Part shown: positions 23,532-36,255 of the stretch, piece after piece
How the letters are laid out: each line of letters begins with the position of its first letter
How positions within the stretch are numbered: position 1 is the stretch's first letter
From: Vairimorpha necatrix
Lineage: Eukaryota
Direction of reading: 5' to 3'
Length of the DNA stretch: 64,000 nt
Assembly: GCA_036630325.1 (NCBI GenBank)
Contig: CP142727.1
Span: 1,054,001-1,118,000 of the forward strand
Position numbers and translations under genes: made by a program
Notes under the pieces: generated by a model
The model's database searches: none
Told to the model about the DNA's origin: nothing
Seen by the model: the letters and a program-made list of their open reading frames with translations, nothing else

Positions 23532-24455
23532 AAAATTTTAAAATTATCATGCAAAAGTAATTTAAAATATATTTTTGATACATAAGGAAGTATTAGAATT
23601 TTTTAAAATACGAAATTCTATAGATAGAATATTTTCTAAAACTATCGACGAAGCGGGTGCTAATAAAATTTTTAGAAAACATACATAAGCTGTAATTAAA
23701 TAAATTATACTCTACTTATATTCGGCTAATATCATTGTAGCATATTTATTAAAAAAAATTAGGAATAATGAAGTTTTTTGTGCTACAAATGCAGGATGTA
23801 ATTTTATAAATTATTCTATACTCATATCAGACAATATAATTGCAACATATTATTTGTAATAAAAAAATTGTAAAAAACTAGGAATTTATAGTTTTTTCGG
23901 AATTTTTTAGAGCATTTGTAAGATGTAATTAGAATAATAATTCTATCCTTATAAGAAGCTAACTTCGATATAGTACATGATATCGACTATAAGTTGTTTT
24001 TTATAAAAAAACAAAGTAATAATAATCTATTAAGGTACTCCGCAGAATATATGTTTTTAAACTGTAAATACATATCCTCTCCTGTCAATTAAGCTTCAAA
24101 AAGATATAATACCATTAACTAACAGTAGTTCGTTACGTTGACCAAAATCTAAATAAAATCACAAACGAATTCATGAAAAAAAATTAAACAAATTTTTTTT
24201 TTTAAAAAAAGAATCTATTTTAAGCACGCGTGAGATTAACTTTGGAAAATATAGAACAGAATATAGTAAGTAAATTCAAGAAGCTGCATCACGAAAATCT
24301 ATCGTCGTGAATCACTGTATAAGATAGACATTTTGAATTTTTGTAATCATTTAAAGTATAATATTTACATAAAATATAATTTTCTCTCTAAAAAATTTTT
24401 ATATAAAATTTTTTGAATTTTGACAAATAAATAGTTATAGGATATACATTTAATT

Positions 24456-25880
24456 TCAAAGTAAGAATGAAACAGAATAGGCTACTGCGACAGCAACAAC
24501 CACAATACCTATAGAAATGGCAACTTTCTTTGTACTAAATACTGATCCACCCTTTTTATCATCATCTCCTTTATCGCTTGAATCTTCTGGTTTATCATCA
24601 TCCTTACAATCGTCCTTTTTGACCTTTTTGCACGATTTTAATGGTGTAATAGATTGAACTTTTGTAGTTGAGACATTAATATCAGCTCTAACAGCCAAGT
24701 CAACCTTGCACAAATCTGAAAGAATTTTGAAATGACCATCATTGCATTTGTTACCATATACTGAATTAAGATATGATGAAGAACATGACTCTATGTTAAA
24801 TGTATTGGCCAAAACTATGCAATCATATACGTTTGAATCTTCATACTTGACTCCTCCCAGGAATTTAGTTAATATAGAAACAACTACTTCTAGAGATAAT
24901 TCTACATTTAATTCATAACAATTTTTTACAAGATCATGGAATTGAGGAGTTTGCAATTTATTGCTAACGTAAAGATTGAATAAAGTACAAATCGATACAG
25001 ATTTGTAAATCGCTTCAGGACTAATTTCGCAATGTGAAACTTCAACTGGTTTGTGGCATGGCTCTTTATTTTCATAGCAATCTTCAGAACTGTCATTACA
25101 GCTACTACTAGATTCGCATTTCTTTTCAAGGCAACATAATTGTCTCAATTTTCTTGCGCAAGCAGCTTCTCTCTGTCTACATAATTCAGCATTGTAGTGG
25201 GCGCACAGTCTAAAGATCATATCCTCACTGATACATTTTTTCTCAAATGCTTTTTTAATATAACATTTTGTATGGTTGAACCATTTGACTGTGTTGCAGT
25301 GAGAATTAACATTGTTCAAAGGATATGCAGTTAAAGTAACATTCTGACCTACTTCATTGAAGTATTCTGAAGATAGAGTGTATGTATTATCAGTAGCGGG
25401 CGAGACAACATTTATATCAACTGTAGAGAGGAATCTAATCTTGATATTGCCTTCTCCGGCGGAGTCTAGGACAGTAATTCCTAGAGTGAATCTTATAAAT
25501 CCAGTATCAGCATCAGTAGTATTTTCAATAGCAATATTATCTTTAAGATCTGTAGGAGCTATCAAAGATACTAATGTTGGTACATGGTTATCTCTGGACT
25601 CAATGATAATCTTTGCTGTTCTTCTCTTTCCAACAGAGTTATAATGGATTATTAGTAGATCTTCATCGTCAAAATATTTATAGCAAAAACCGGGAATATT
25701 GTAGCTAAAACTAGTTGCTGGATCGAAAGCTGTACCATCTGCATTCTGTTGAGCTATACTTATCTTGTATAAATTTTTTATCGAATAATTATCTGGTGAA
25801 TTTTTGTCAGAAGGACAAGGACAACTGCAAGTTATGAAAGATATTAATGTTAGAATTAAAGGAATCTTTCGCATATACAT
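24456..25880 (-). CDS. Cys-rich type I membrane/surface protein
   Basis: 474 aa with signal peptide, Cys-rich central region, D/K linker and C-terminal hydrophobic helix. Confidence 0.8.
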   Translation of the reverse strand: MYMRKIPLILTLISFITCSCPCPSDKNSPDNYSIKNLYKISIAQQNADGTAFDPATSFSYNIPGFCYKYFDDEDLLIIHYNSVGKRRTAKIIIESRDNHVPTLVSLIAPTDLKDNIAIENTTDADTGFIRFTLGITVLDSAGEGNIKIRFLSTVDINVVSPATDNTYTLSSEYFNEVGQNVTLTAYPLNNVNSHCNTVKWFNHTKCYIKKAFEKKCISEDMIFRLCAHYNAELCRQREAACARKLRQLCCLEKKCESSSSCNDSSEDCYENKEPCHKPVEVSHCEISPEAIYKSVSICTLFNLYVSNKLQTPQFHDLVKNCYELNVELSLEVVVSILTKFLGGVKYEDSNVYDCIVLANTFNIESCSSSYLNSVYGNKCNDGHFKILSDLCKVDLAVRADINVSTTKVQSITPLKSCKKVKKDDCKDDDKPEDSSDKGDDDKKGGSVFSTKKVAISIGIVVVAVAVAYSVSFLL

Positions 25881-26657
25881 ACCCTCCGTAGAATTTTTCT
25901 TTTTATATCTTTATTTGTTTGTTGTGGCCTAAACTTATAAAAATTAATTAAAAAAATAATAGAAAAAAAATATAAATTTGAGAATATTAAAAAACTAATA
26001 TGTTCTGAGTTTTTTATTTTTTTGTTTGTTTATTTTTTTATACACAAACAAATTTGTGTTACATCAAAACATTAGGCTTTTTAATTTTAGTAAGAAGTTT
26101 AAATATTCAGAAAAAAGGTTTTTTTTGTTTATTTTGTGTAAAACTTGTCTATGAGTAAAAAATTATAAACTATAAAATTAATATTTAAAATTATATTTTA
26201 TAGTTTATTATAATGTTAGAAGAGTGTTAATATTTCAGATTATACATAACGTAGTCATGTGTGTTTTTTTTAATAATATATTGAAAATGTATAATTTTTT
26301 ATAAACCAATTTCCTGAAATATTAAAATCGTAAAATGTTTAAACATAATCAAGTCACTAGTAATATTTTAAATTGATGTTTAGATCAAAATTTTATTGTT
26401 TAATATTTTTTTATATGTAAAATGTTATATAGAAAATTATTATTATAAAAATATTTATAATAGAATTTTCTATGTATAATGTCTTGTATAAAACTTTATA
26501 AATAAAAATTTAAGCTTATATAAGAGCTTTCAAAATGTTACATAGAAATCAATATAAAATATTTAAAAGCTTATAGAATGTTATAGAAATCATAATAACA
26601 TATAAGAGCTCATAAATTTTTTTTATATTAAATCTTTTATTTTGTTTTACAAATCAT

Positions 26658-27251
26658 TTATTTAAATTCCTTGTCTTTAAAAAGAAGCTTTCTAATTTCT
26701 CTTATGACTTTCCTGTCTACATCTTTATGGTAGACAACTTCAAAAATGTCAATTTCTTTATCACTGAAAGTAGCCACAGACACCATCTCTGGATCATAAA
26801 TCCCATTTATATAATTTATATAATTAACTCTGTTATCATTGTGTATCTCAGAGACAAGCTCCAATTTGGCCTCTGATTCAAACTCAAGATCTTTACAAAT
26901 ACTCTGAACATACAAATGTACAGGAATAATGTCAAAATTAAACTGACACATTTCTACCATACGACTTTCTATAAAAATAGTCTTCTCCAAAGGAAACTTA
27001 ATATTGTACATTTTATAAAATGCTTCAAGTAAAACATGAAGTTTAATAACATTCTCTGTAATTTTACCAGCTATAAAGAAACTATCAAGAGCAATAAGAG
27101 AATGACTTTCTCTCTTGAAAAATGTAGGATAAGTATGCTGGAAAATAATCTGAGAAATGGCAACTTGCTTGATAGGAGACTTGAAAGATTCAGAAAGTAA
27201 TAAAATTATTTTATTTCCTTCTTTGATATCATTTTTAAAAATATTCTCCAT
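26658..27251 (-). CDS. Cyclin-fold protein (transcriptional cyclin type)
   Basis: VAISQIIFQH...SFFIAGKITEN...ESRMVEMCQFNFDIIPVH matches the cyclin box pattern; CCC directly before ATG. Confidence 0.7.
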   Translation of the reverse strand: MENIFKNDIKEGNKIILLLSESFKSPIKQVAISQIIFQHTYPTFFKRESHSLIALDSFFIAGKITENVIKLHVLLEAFYKMYNIKFPLEKTIFIESRMVEMCQFNFDIIPVHLYVQSICKDLEFESEAKLELVSEIHNDNRVNYINYINGIYDPEMVSVATFSDKEIDIFEVVYHKDVDRKVIREIRKLLFKDKEFK

Positions 27252-27300
27252 GGGTAGAAAGAAGTTTGAAATTTATAAAACAAAGAGATAGTCTGGGAAT

Positions 27301-27336
27301 TAAACACTTTGTTTGTTAAAACAAACAAAGTGTTTA
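27301..27336. promoter_or_regulatory. Perfect 17-bp palindrome in the cyclin/SMC2 divergent promoter
   Basis: TAAACACTTTGTTTGTT-AA-AACAAACAAAGTGTTTA. The palindrome is directly seen; a regulatory role is inferred. Confidence 0.6.
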
Positions 27337-27403
27337 TGCAAAAAAATATAAAAGGACTGAATTTTTCCAGATATGCATAATTTTGAAATACCAATTTCAG
27401 CCC

Positions 27404-30400
27404 ATGTTTATCAAGGATATAATATTGGATGGATTTAAAATTTACGAGAATAAGACTATCATTAGAAATCTTAGTAAATCATACAACGCAATAACAGGAC
27501 TAAATGGATCAGGCAAAAGTAATATAATTGATGGTATAATATTTACACTAGGACTAGAAAGTGGTAAACTTCTTAGAACAAACACACTTAAAGAACTTAT
27601 AAATGTAAATAGAAAGGAATGTAAAGTGACACTTGTTTTATCAAATACTGATAAATCTAAAAGTCCAGAAGGATACAAAGATTATAATGAAATTATAATA
27701 TCAAGATCAATTGACAACTTAGGGAAAACAAAGTTTTATTTGAACAACCACAGTTGTTCATATTCAACTATAAACAAATTATGCTCAAGTATGAATATCA
27801 ACTCAGAAAAGGGAGAATTCTTCTTTATTATCATGCAAGGGCATATAACAAAAGTACTAAATATGAAAAGTAAAGAAATAGGAACTCTAATAGAAGAAAC
27901 TGCAGGAACAAGATCTTACACTAAAGAAAAAGAGAAGGCAATTTTAGCATTAGAAAAAAAGGAAAGAAAACTTATAGAAGTCAGAGATACCTTACAGAGA
28001 AGAATATCTCCATTTTATTCGAGATTGAGAGAAGAAAGAGAAGCCTTTGTTGAACAAAGAAATTTAGATCAGATTAAAGAACAAGTAACCTTAGAAAAGA
28101 AAGAAATTAAACAAAAAATATTGACAGATGAAATATCTAAAAATGTGATAAATTTGAGGAATATAGTAGAACAATATATTAAAGATAAAAACGAGTTGAC
28201 AAATTTAGAAAGTAAACTTATGGAATTACAAGACATAGAATGTGAAGAAAGCTTAATAAATATTAAGGAATTATTAGAAGATGAGAAATTAAAATTAGAA
28301 GAACTAAGAAAAACAGACCCAACAAACAAACTCGAGAAATACAAAATAGAACTAGACAAACTTGTAGTACCAACAAAGAAAACTAATTTAGATGAATTAA
28401 AAGAAAGAGAGAGTTTTTTACTAAAAAATATCAAAAACGAGGCAGTGTTGGGAGGTAAAGATTTCAGCATAATAGAAGAATTAGAAAATTTGAAAATCAA
28501 AAAGACAGAATTAGAATTCAATTATCAAAACATGAAAGATTTAAAAATAGAAGAAATTAATAATAAAATATCGAACATAGAAAAATATAAAGTCGATTAT
28601 GAGTCACTGGCCAATGATAAGAAGCGCCTTAATTATTTGAAGATGAAATTAATTTACCCAATTAGAAATGATATTTACGGGACAGTAGATGAAAATATAA
28701 CATTAACCAATGATAAATATAAAGAGGCAGTATTTACAATAATGGGGAGTAAATCCAAACATGTCATTGTATCAGATGAAAAGATAGGGTCAGAATTATT
28801 AAATACCTCTGATCGTAGAATTAGTGTCATTCCTTTAAACAAAATCAAGTCTAAATTTGTTGATAAGAATTTTATTAGAAAAGTCAAGGAGTCTAAAGGA
28901 AAGCATATGATCGACCTTATAACTTTTGATGATAAATTGAGAAAAGCCATGGAACATGTTTTTAATGGATATTTCGTCTTTGAAGATTCGGAGATGGCTA
29001 AGAAAATGTGTTATGATTTGAAGATCATGTGCATTACATTAGATGGGAATGTTTATGATCCCAAGGGTACGCTCACAGGAGGAAAATCTTCATACAAAAT
29101 TGAAATTACTAGTAAAAAAGAAATCCAGGAACTTCAATGCAAAATAGAGAAAGCTGAACAAAATTATGAATATTTTACAAAGTGCCAAGAAGAATACGAA
29201 TTATTAAAGATTAAGAAATCCAAATGTCTACAGAAAGAGAAATTAGTAGAAGAATTAAAATCCATAGAAATTAAAATCAAGACAATTACAGAATTTGAAT
29301 CTTGTACTGCCGACTTTAGAAGTGAATTGACTGAGGTCAGGAATAAAATTATAGAGTCCATCAAGGAAGAGAATATTCATAAGGACTTAGTTAATAGAAA
29401 AGATGAATATATTAAAAATATAAAAGATCTAGAGATAAAAAAGAAAGAAAATGAAGAGTCCCAGGAAGATTGTATAAATAAAATCCTGAAGATCCAAGAC
29501 AAACTTGGCGAATTAGAAATCAAGACAAGTAATAAAAGATTAAGCGAGAGACAGATTAAAGGTTTAGAGCCCAAGCAGAAATATTTAATAAGGTCTACAT
29601 CCAAATTAAGAAACAGAATCACGAAAGTGTACGCCGAGCTAGTTGAAAGCCTGAAAGGACAAGAAGAAAAAGACTCGGATTTTATTTCATCGATCAACAC
29701 CACTTGGCTTGAGACATACACAGAAGGGGAGAATCAGAAGATATTTGAGTCTTTAAATATTGACGACAAGGTCTTTAATTTTAAAGAACAAGAATTGGAC
29801 GAGTCAGAGCACAAGATTTTACTAGACAGGTTGTCTGAGATTGATTTAATATTAGAAAAGTGTTCTAGTAAAAATACAGTACGAATGGATCCACAGAATT
29901 TTGATTTACTAGAAAAGAACGAGATGATTATCGAATCCTTAAAAGAGAAAATCCAACAACTTGAAGAAGACAAGTCAAATATCATGGGCAGTATTGAGAA
30001 TTTTAATCTCCTTGGAATTAAAGAAAACGAGAAGGCTTTTAAACATTTGAATGAGAAAGTGGGCAAATTCCTGAGGTATTTTTTAAAAGATTCTGATGTT
30101 AAAATCGAGAAGTCGGGCGCATCAGAATATGAACTCAAAGTCAAAGTAGGCAATTGGAAGGATTCCTTGACTGAATTAAGTGGTGGTCAAAGGAGTCTCG
30201 TTGCTTTGTGCTTGATATTTTCCATATTGACTTACCGCCCTGCCCCTTTTTATATTTTTGATGAGATTGATTCAGCTTTAGATTTAAGTTACACACAGAG
30301 TATTGGGGAAATTATAAAGCATGAATTTAGAAAGAGTCAGTTTATTATCATAAGTTTGAAGAATGGGATGTATGAAAGTGCAGATAATGTTTATAAAGTA

Positions 30401-30442
30401 TTTCTTAAGGATGGGAAATCCAATATATGTCAAATTAAGTAG
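27404..30442 (+). CDS. SMC2: Condensin subunit SMC2
   Basis: NAITGLNGSGKSNI, IMQGHITKVLNMK, hinge TLDG..YDPKGTLTGG, WKDSLTELSGGQRSL, FDEIDSALDLSYTQSIG. Confidence 0.93.
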   Translation: MFIKDIILDGFKIYENKTIIRNLSKSYNAITGLNGSGKSNIIDGIIFTLGLESGKLLRTNTLKELINVNRKECKVTLVLSNTDKSKSPEGYKDYNEIIISRSIDNLGKTKFYLNNHSCSYSTINKLCSSMNINSEKGEFFFIIMQGHITKVLNMKSKEIGTLIEETAGTRSYTKEKEKAILALEKKERKLIEVRDTLQRRISPFYSRLREEREAFVEQRNLDQIKEQVTLEKKEIKQKILTDEISKNVINLRNIVEQYIKDKNELTNLESKLMELQDIECEESLINIKELLEDEKLKLEELRKTDPTNKLEKYKIELDKLVVPTKKTNLDELKERESFLLKNIKNEAVLGGKDFSIIEELENLKIKKTELEFNYQNMKDLKIEEINNKISNIEKYKVDYESLANDKKRLNYLKMKLIYPIRNDIYGTVDENITLTNDKYKEAVFTIMGSKSKHVIVSDEKIGSELLNTSDRRISVIPLNKIKSKFVDKNFIRKVKESKGKHMIDLITFDDKLRKAMEHVFNGYFVFEDSEMAKKMCYDLKIMCITLDGNVYDPKGTLTGGKSSYKIEITSKKEIQELQCKIEKAEQNYEYFTKCQEEYELLKIKKSKCLQKEKLVEELKSIEIKIKTITEFESCTADFRSELTEVRNKIIESIKEENIHKDLVNRKDEYIKNIKDLEIKKKENEESQEDCINKILKIQDKLGELEIKTSNKRLSERQIKGLEPKQKYLIRSTSKLRNRITKVYAELVESLKGQEEKDSDFISSINTTWLETYTEGENQKIFESLNIDDKVFNFKEQELDESEHKILLDRLSEIDLILEKCSSKNTVRMDPQNFDLLEKNEMIIESLKEKIQQLEEDKSNIMGSIENFNLLGIKENEKAFKHLNEKVGKFLRYFLKDSDVKIEKSGASEYELKVKVGNWKDSLTELSGGQRSLVALCLIFSILTYRPAPFYIFDEIDSALDLSYTQSIGEIIKHEFRKSQFIIISLKNGMYESADNVYKVFLKDGKSNICQIK

Positions 30443-30549
30443 AATCTAAATTAAGTTATATTTTATTTTACATTTATTAAATCTTCTGGTGTTGTTTATT
30501 TCTCCTTTATTTTTTTTATTGATTTTTGTTTTTTTTGGTCTTCCCTTTT

Positions 30550-32355
30550 ATGTCAAATTTAGAATACGAAGAATCAGACGAGATCGAAGAATTGGAAGAC
30601 ATAAATTCCCTCAAATATTCACTAGAAGATTCTGAAAATTCAGAAGACGAATTTGATTATGACGCAGAACAAAAAGATTTTAAATCTACAATTCTAAAAT
30701 TAAAAGACAAAGCCGAAGACAATTTATCTTTGAGATATTACATAATCTTCATATGCACATTTACTTGCTTAATTTTGTCTTTGATTTTCTGGAAAGATAA
30801 AATAGAAGTAAAAGAGAAAAATGGAGACATTTTCTTTATAAGTTTAGGCTTAATATTCCTAAATTTATTTTTATCTTCTGTCGTCTTCTTAGTTCTAAAT
30901 TTCATAATATTTTGTTTGCCTTTTTATTACGTCACTGAATTATCTGAACACATTTCTTTATCTTTCGTGTGCCTTTTTTATATTATTTATTTTTATACTA
31001 AAAAGTTTAATGTGTGTATAAAATACAATCAAGGAGTCGAATTGTATTTAGGAGATATTTTGAATATTATTCTCATTTCTGTTTTCTTATTCGCCGGCCT
31101 ACGAGTCTGGTCCTTGTCAATTGGCATAAATTTTAATTATAGTATTTATATAGAAAGAATAAGGAAATGTATAGCAGAAGATGTCTTTTTAAGTATTTTT
31201 AAGAGGAAAAATAACCCGAAGAAGATTAAATATTTGATTAATAAATATCTAGTCGACGATCATATGGATTTAAATAAAAGAAGGTCACTTTTCAAAGAAT
31301 TCCAGAAAAGTTATAAGAACTCGCAGAAAGGAAAAAAGAAAGAGAAATACAAAGAAAGCGCCTTAAAGAAAGCAAATAGTCTGTATTTTAGAGCTCTGAC
31401 TAATTATAAAATTAATTATACAGGAGATATAAATTTCTTAATAAATCAATATATTGATAAAGAAAAAGACCTAATAAAAACAGTAGAAAACCAAGAAAAA
31501 GAAGGGGTTTCCATCTTAGTAGACAGGTTTATTAAATTACTCAATCTTCCTTCAAAATACAGACTTGATGGTAAAGGCTTTTACAGGATAATTAAAAGGG
31601 TAGACAGGGAGAAATATATCATAACTAAGAATTTAGAACAAATGAGTGCCGCTTTAGACAGAGTTTGTTTATTTATAAAATTCCTTATTATTCTTGTAGC
31701 ACTGATGCTTTATATCAAAGTATTCGAAGAATTGGCTTCTACTGCCGGGATAATTTCGGCCATTTTTGGTACGCAAATAATTTCTAATTCTTTTTCTACT
31801 AATGCAATTAGTAGCTTAATTTTCTTATTTATAATTCATCCTTACGATATTGGCGACAGAATCTTAGTCAATCTTGATAATCATATTGAGAATTTGGTAG
31901 TATCAGAACTTAATGTCTTCTCTACCGTATTCTTAAGATGGAATGGTACTTGTGTTTATGTCCCGAATTCCTTGCTAAGCACCAAATTAATCACAAATAT
32001 CAGGAGAAGCGGGATAATAGCAGATTCTCATAAAATACAAATTAATTCTAGAACTGATCAGAGCAAATTACTAAATCTTAAAACTACTATAGAAGCATTT
32101 CTTAAGAAACATAAAGAAGATTATACAGAATATTGTATGGTGAACTACGAATCAATAGAAAACAGTAATAAACTGCATATGAAGGTTTATATGCAATATA
32201 AAACTAATTCGCAGAATTATGAATTGTATCTCAAGAGGAAGACAAGCTTCTTGTCATTTTTAAATAGAACATTGCAGGTATTAGAAATAGAATATAATTT
32301 GCCAATACAAAGAGTCACAGTGAAAAATGAGAGCGGGAAAAATCAAGTTGGTTAA
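30550..32355 (+). CDS. MscS-family mechanosensitive channel (Msy1/2-like)
   Basis: Several TM helices, then FLFIIHPYDIGDRI...YVPNSLL...ITNIRRS. Confidence 0.92.
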   Translation: MSNLEYEESDEIEELEDINSLKYSLEDSENSEDEFDYDAEQKDFKSTILKLKDKAEDNLSLRYYIIFICTFTCLILSLIFWKDKIEVKEKNGDIFFISLGLIFLNLFLSSVVFLVLNFIIFCLPFYYVTELSEHISLSFVCLFYIIYFYTKKFNVCIKYNQGVELYLGDILNIILISVFLFAGLRVWSLSIGINFNYSIYIERIRKCIAEDVFLSIFKRKNNPKKIKYLINKYLVDDHMDLNKRRSLFKEFQKSYKNSQKGKKKEKYKESALKKANSLYFRALTNYKINYTGDINFLINQYIDKEKDLIKTVENQEKEGVSILVDRFIKLLNLPSKYRLDGKGFYRIIKRVDREKYIITKNLEQMSAALDRVCLFIKFLIILVALMLYIKVFEELASTAGIISAIFGTQIISNSFSTNAISSLIFLFIIHPYDIGDRILVNLDNHIENLVVSELNVFSTVFLRWNGTCVYVPNSLLSTKLITNIRRSGIIADSHKIQINSRTDQSKLLNLKTTIEAFLKKHKEDYTEYCMVNYESIENSNKLHMKVYMQYKTNSQNYELYLKRKTSFLSFLNRTLQVLEIEYNLPIQRVTVKNESGKNQVG

Positions 32356-35300
32356 GAATTTGTTTGTTTGGTGTCAAATATCTCAACAATAAGTATAAAT
32401 AAAAAAAAACTAGCATAAAATATGAAAAAAGTTTATACATTAAGTATTTGTTTTATTTGTATGTTTAATAGAGTTGGGATATATATTTGACAAACTTTTT
32501 AGTTCTTTGTTTGTTATTTGTCCTTATGTATAAAATAATAATATAATTATCTAATCATATTGCGTCTATTAGTGTGCTTATTGAATAAATATACTCTTTT
32601 TATACATAAGTAAATAAAAGCTAACATATGCTCGGATATACTTGATGCTGATAGATGAATATAAATCTTATTCACTAAAACACCTAACTTAATGGATATC
32701 TCAATGTGTTATTATACCTATTTACCGTTATTTAGTATCGCGTCAATAATGAGTTAAATTTTATAAAATCAAAAAAAGTTTTTTTTGATCTCAAAAACCC
32801 GCAGTCATTTTTAAAATTGTTTTCTATTCTCTTTGTTTTAATTAACAGGCTTGCATTAAATTGGTTATTAAAAAACAACATTTTTTTCTGAAATTTACGA
32901 TCTTAAAGAATTTAGACTATAAGACAATAGTAAATAATCTCGAGTATAAATATTTAATGTATCTATTAGAAGTATTAAATGTTTATAGCTCACGATACAT
33001 GAATGGTCTAATTTATTCAGGCATAAGCCAAGTTTTTAAATTAAAAATCAAATTAATATAGAAAAATATAGGTTTAAAAGATTGATAGAACAAAAATCCT
33101 CGAAACATTTTGTCTTTTTGAAATGATCCAGCACATTTTATAAAAAAAAACCACCGAAGGACTATCCAAAAATAGTGCTAAGTTTTTTCTATACGCACCA
33201 AGCGACAGTACTTACATTAGAAAATATCAAGACAAAGAAGAGAAATAATAAAAATTGGTTCTGAAGGTATTCCTGAATTTTAAAAGATCCATACGAAACT
33301 ATAAATATATTTTTTTAAGTTTTTAATACGCAACTCATAGCATCAGTTTTTCTTTTAATTGTTTACTGTCTGTTCTTATTCCATTTTTGCAGTTAAACTT
33401 TATAATGTATCTTTTAATATACGAATCAAATATAATATAAAAAATGTCATCAGCACAAGACATTAATGAAACTTGATTTATAAACATAATTACAGTTATT
33501 TATGTTAAATTCTATTGCTAAAATCAGAATCCAATTAACATACTAATTCTCACAAGATCAGAAAATTTTTATAATTGTATATTTTTGTAAACCCGAATAA
33601 CTTTATGTATCAATTTGCATCAAATTTAATTAATGTTTACTCTTAAAGTAATTTTTAATGTTATGAAAGCAACTAAAAATCTCAGAGAAATAATTTAATA
33701 ATCTCAAATTTAGTAAGCTAGAGCAAAACAATATAATTTCGGCATTTATAGATCCACGAAAGACATATATGTATAATTTATTTTCCGGCTAAACATTATC
33801 TCTATTGTAGTAAATCAAATAGTATAATTCGACAAGATATTTAGTATTTAGTACAAATATACTTTCATTTGAATCTAAAATAAATTTTAAACAGATATAA
33901 ATTTTTTTTTTGGGGTTTCAATTTAAGTCTTATTATGTTATTCGACATATGAATTGTATTTAAAGAATGGTATTTACTTTTTAATTTTATATTTTACAAT
34001 AAGGTATTTTCTACTTTTTGTAACCAAAAATGTTCTAAATTATCGTATCATTTCATGGTCATATTATTACTGCTATAGTAAATTGTATAGTGCAAAAAAT
34101 TTTACTTTAAATTTCTATATTTTTCGTTTGGTTGACTATTAAATCATTATATTTTATGCCTCTCTTGATACAGAAAATATACAACAAAATGTATCTTTAA
34201 TCAGATAACAGTAAAATTGGGCGCGTTTGTATCGATGTAATAATTATTAAACAAATAATATCTTACAGCAATAAAAAACAGCCATCAAATAAAATGTTTA
34301 GACATAAATTTTTTTTTTGTAATTTTGCATAGTCAAAGAGTTCTTATTGAATCTTATGTACAAAAAATATGAAGAATTATCGTAAGTCAGCGTATGTATA
34401 AGTAGATACTATATTAAGAAAGTTTGAAAAACTCACATTATGGTGATTCAATTCAAAAATTTATAAATAAAAACCCAGATTGGGCATGTTGTGGTATAGT
34501 AAAAGAAGACAGGGTTTTTTAGTTGAAGTATAACAAATAAAATATGGGTTGATATGTCTATTGATAGTGTAAGTTGTAAATTTTTCTATCTTCTGACACA
34601 AAAAAATCTAATTATGAAACTAATTGTCTATGGTAAAATTGTATACAAGATTTTATGGTATATTTTGTGCCAAAATTATATTTAGTTTTTTTTTCTACAC
34701 TTTAATTTTCTTAAAATTTATAAAACGAGGTGTTTTTAATATAGAAATGTGCGTTCTAACTTCACATTTATATGATTACAAATAGTAAAGTATACAGAAC
34801 AATGGTTCTATATAAAAAATTCGGCAAACAATGTGATAATTGTACTGTAAATGTTTGATTGGACGTTTTTTAAATAAAAATTTAAATACAATTAAAAGAT
34901 TTTGTTGAAAATTAACAAAGCTTAGAAGCCGATAATATTTATAGTAAATTGTAATGTTATAAGGGATTTTACTATAAAACCACACAATTGCCTTAAATCG
35001 CTACACTTTATGTGTTGATGTACAAAAAAGGGAATTTATTGTAAATTTTTGCACTATGCGATAACCGTTTCTCTACTACTCTATACATTTTCTTATCGTG
35101 AAAATTAAATACGTAATACGACATTTTTTTTTTATTTTTTTTAATTATAGTTCATAATATATCCTACATGATAATGCAAACGTTATTTCATTTATAATGT
35201 CGGGCTTTTAGTGACAATCGATATAAAGAACGAATAAATACGGCGAATTAACAAATGAAATAAACATAATTAACATGAATTAGATGAACCCCACAGACAA

Positions 35301-36255
35301 TTTGAAATTTAAAATAATTTTTTGCATACTTTATGTATGCATAGGGTTGCTGTCGGATTGATACAATGCGATTATAAACAAACATTTAATGCACTTTTAT
35401 AATAGAATATGCGAACGGAACATCATTTACGCATTGCAGCAAGTTAGTAAACAATAATAACATTATGGGATGAATGTACTGACCTCGTCTGATATGCAAC
35501 AATCCCAGTGCCTAAGATCAAAGTCATGGCCAATTGTGCTCCACAATAGTTTTAAAAATTATATAACGTCATTTGCATACATATGTAAATTTAATAAATT
35601 TTTTTTATATTAGAGTTTTTATTATAATTTGCATTTACACACATTTTGTAAAAAAATAGCCGTTACATAACGTCTATATTAACACAATATAATATCTAAC
35701 ATATTTTTTCGAAATTCTTTACATATTAAAATAATTGTTAACAGAAATTCTCAAATTGCATTTTAAAAATGAACCAGAGGTTATTAGACTGTTTCACTGT
35801 AGCTGATAATAATTATTTTATATGTCCGCATTACCAGAGTGTGATTTTTTAACACTCGAAATTCTATTGCATAGTCATTTTCACTAAAATCTTGGTGTTT
35901 TTTAAATATAATAAGTCATTTAAAATCTTATAATTTCATTTAAAATTTGATCTTCTATTCACCAACAATACAGACCTAGAGCTTTATCTCATCTCCCCCT
36001 TAGAACAATTTAACATTTATTTAATATATAATAAAGATCTATAAGAATTTTTTAGATAAAGCATTTGGTGTACCAGTTATAATTGTTTTGAAATAGAGTC
36101 GTTAATACTGCGAAAATTGAAATCTTTTCCTTCGAAACATTGACACAATAATTAAATGATCGATAATCAGTCTATGCCGGTGTTAACCTATCATTTGACA
36201 TATATATTAGAATTTCGATATAACTTCTATCGATAAAAAATTGTGAATTTAATAT

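Noticed and set aside
27442-30153. Multiple antisense ORFs inside SMC2 (likewise inside NOP2, the SANT gene, the subtilisin and the gypsy ORFs)
   Set aside because: Shadow frames of real genes with biased S/F/L composition and no motifs.
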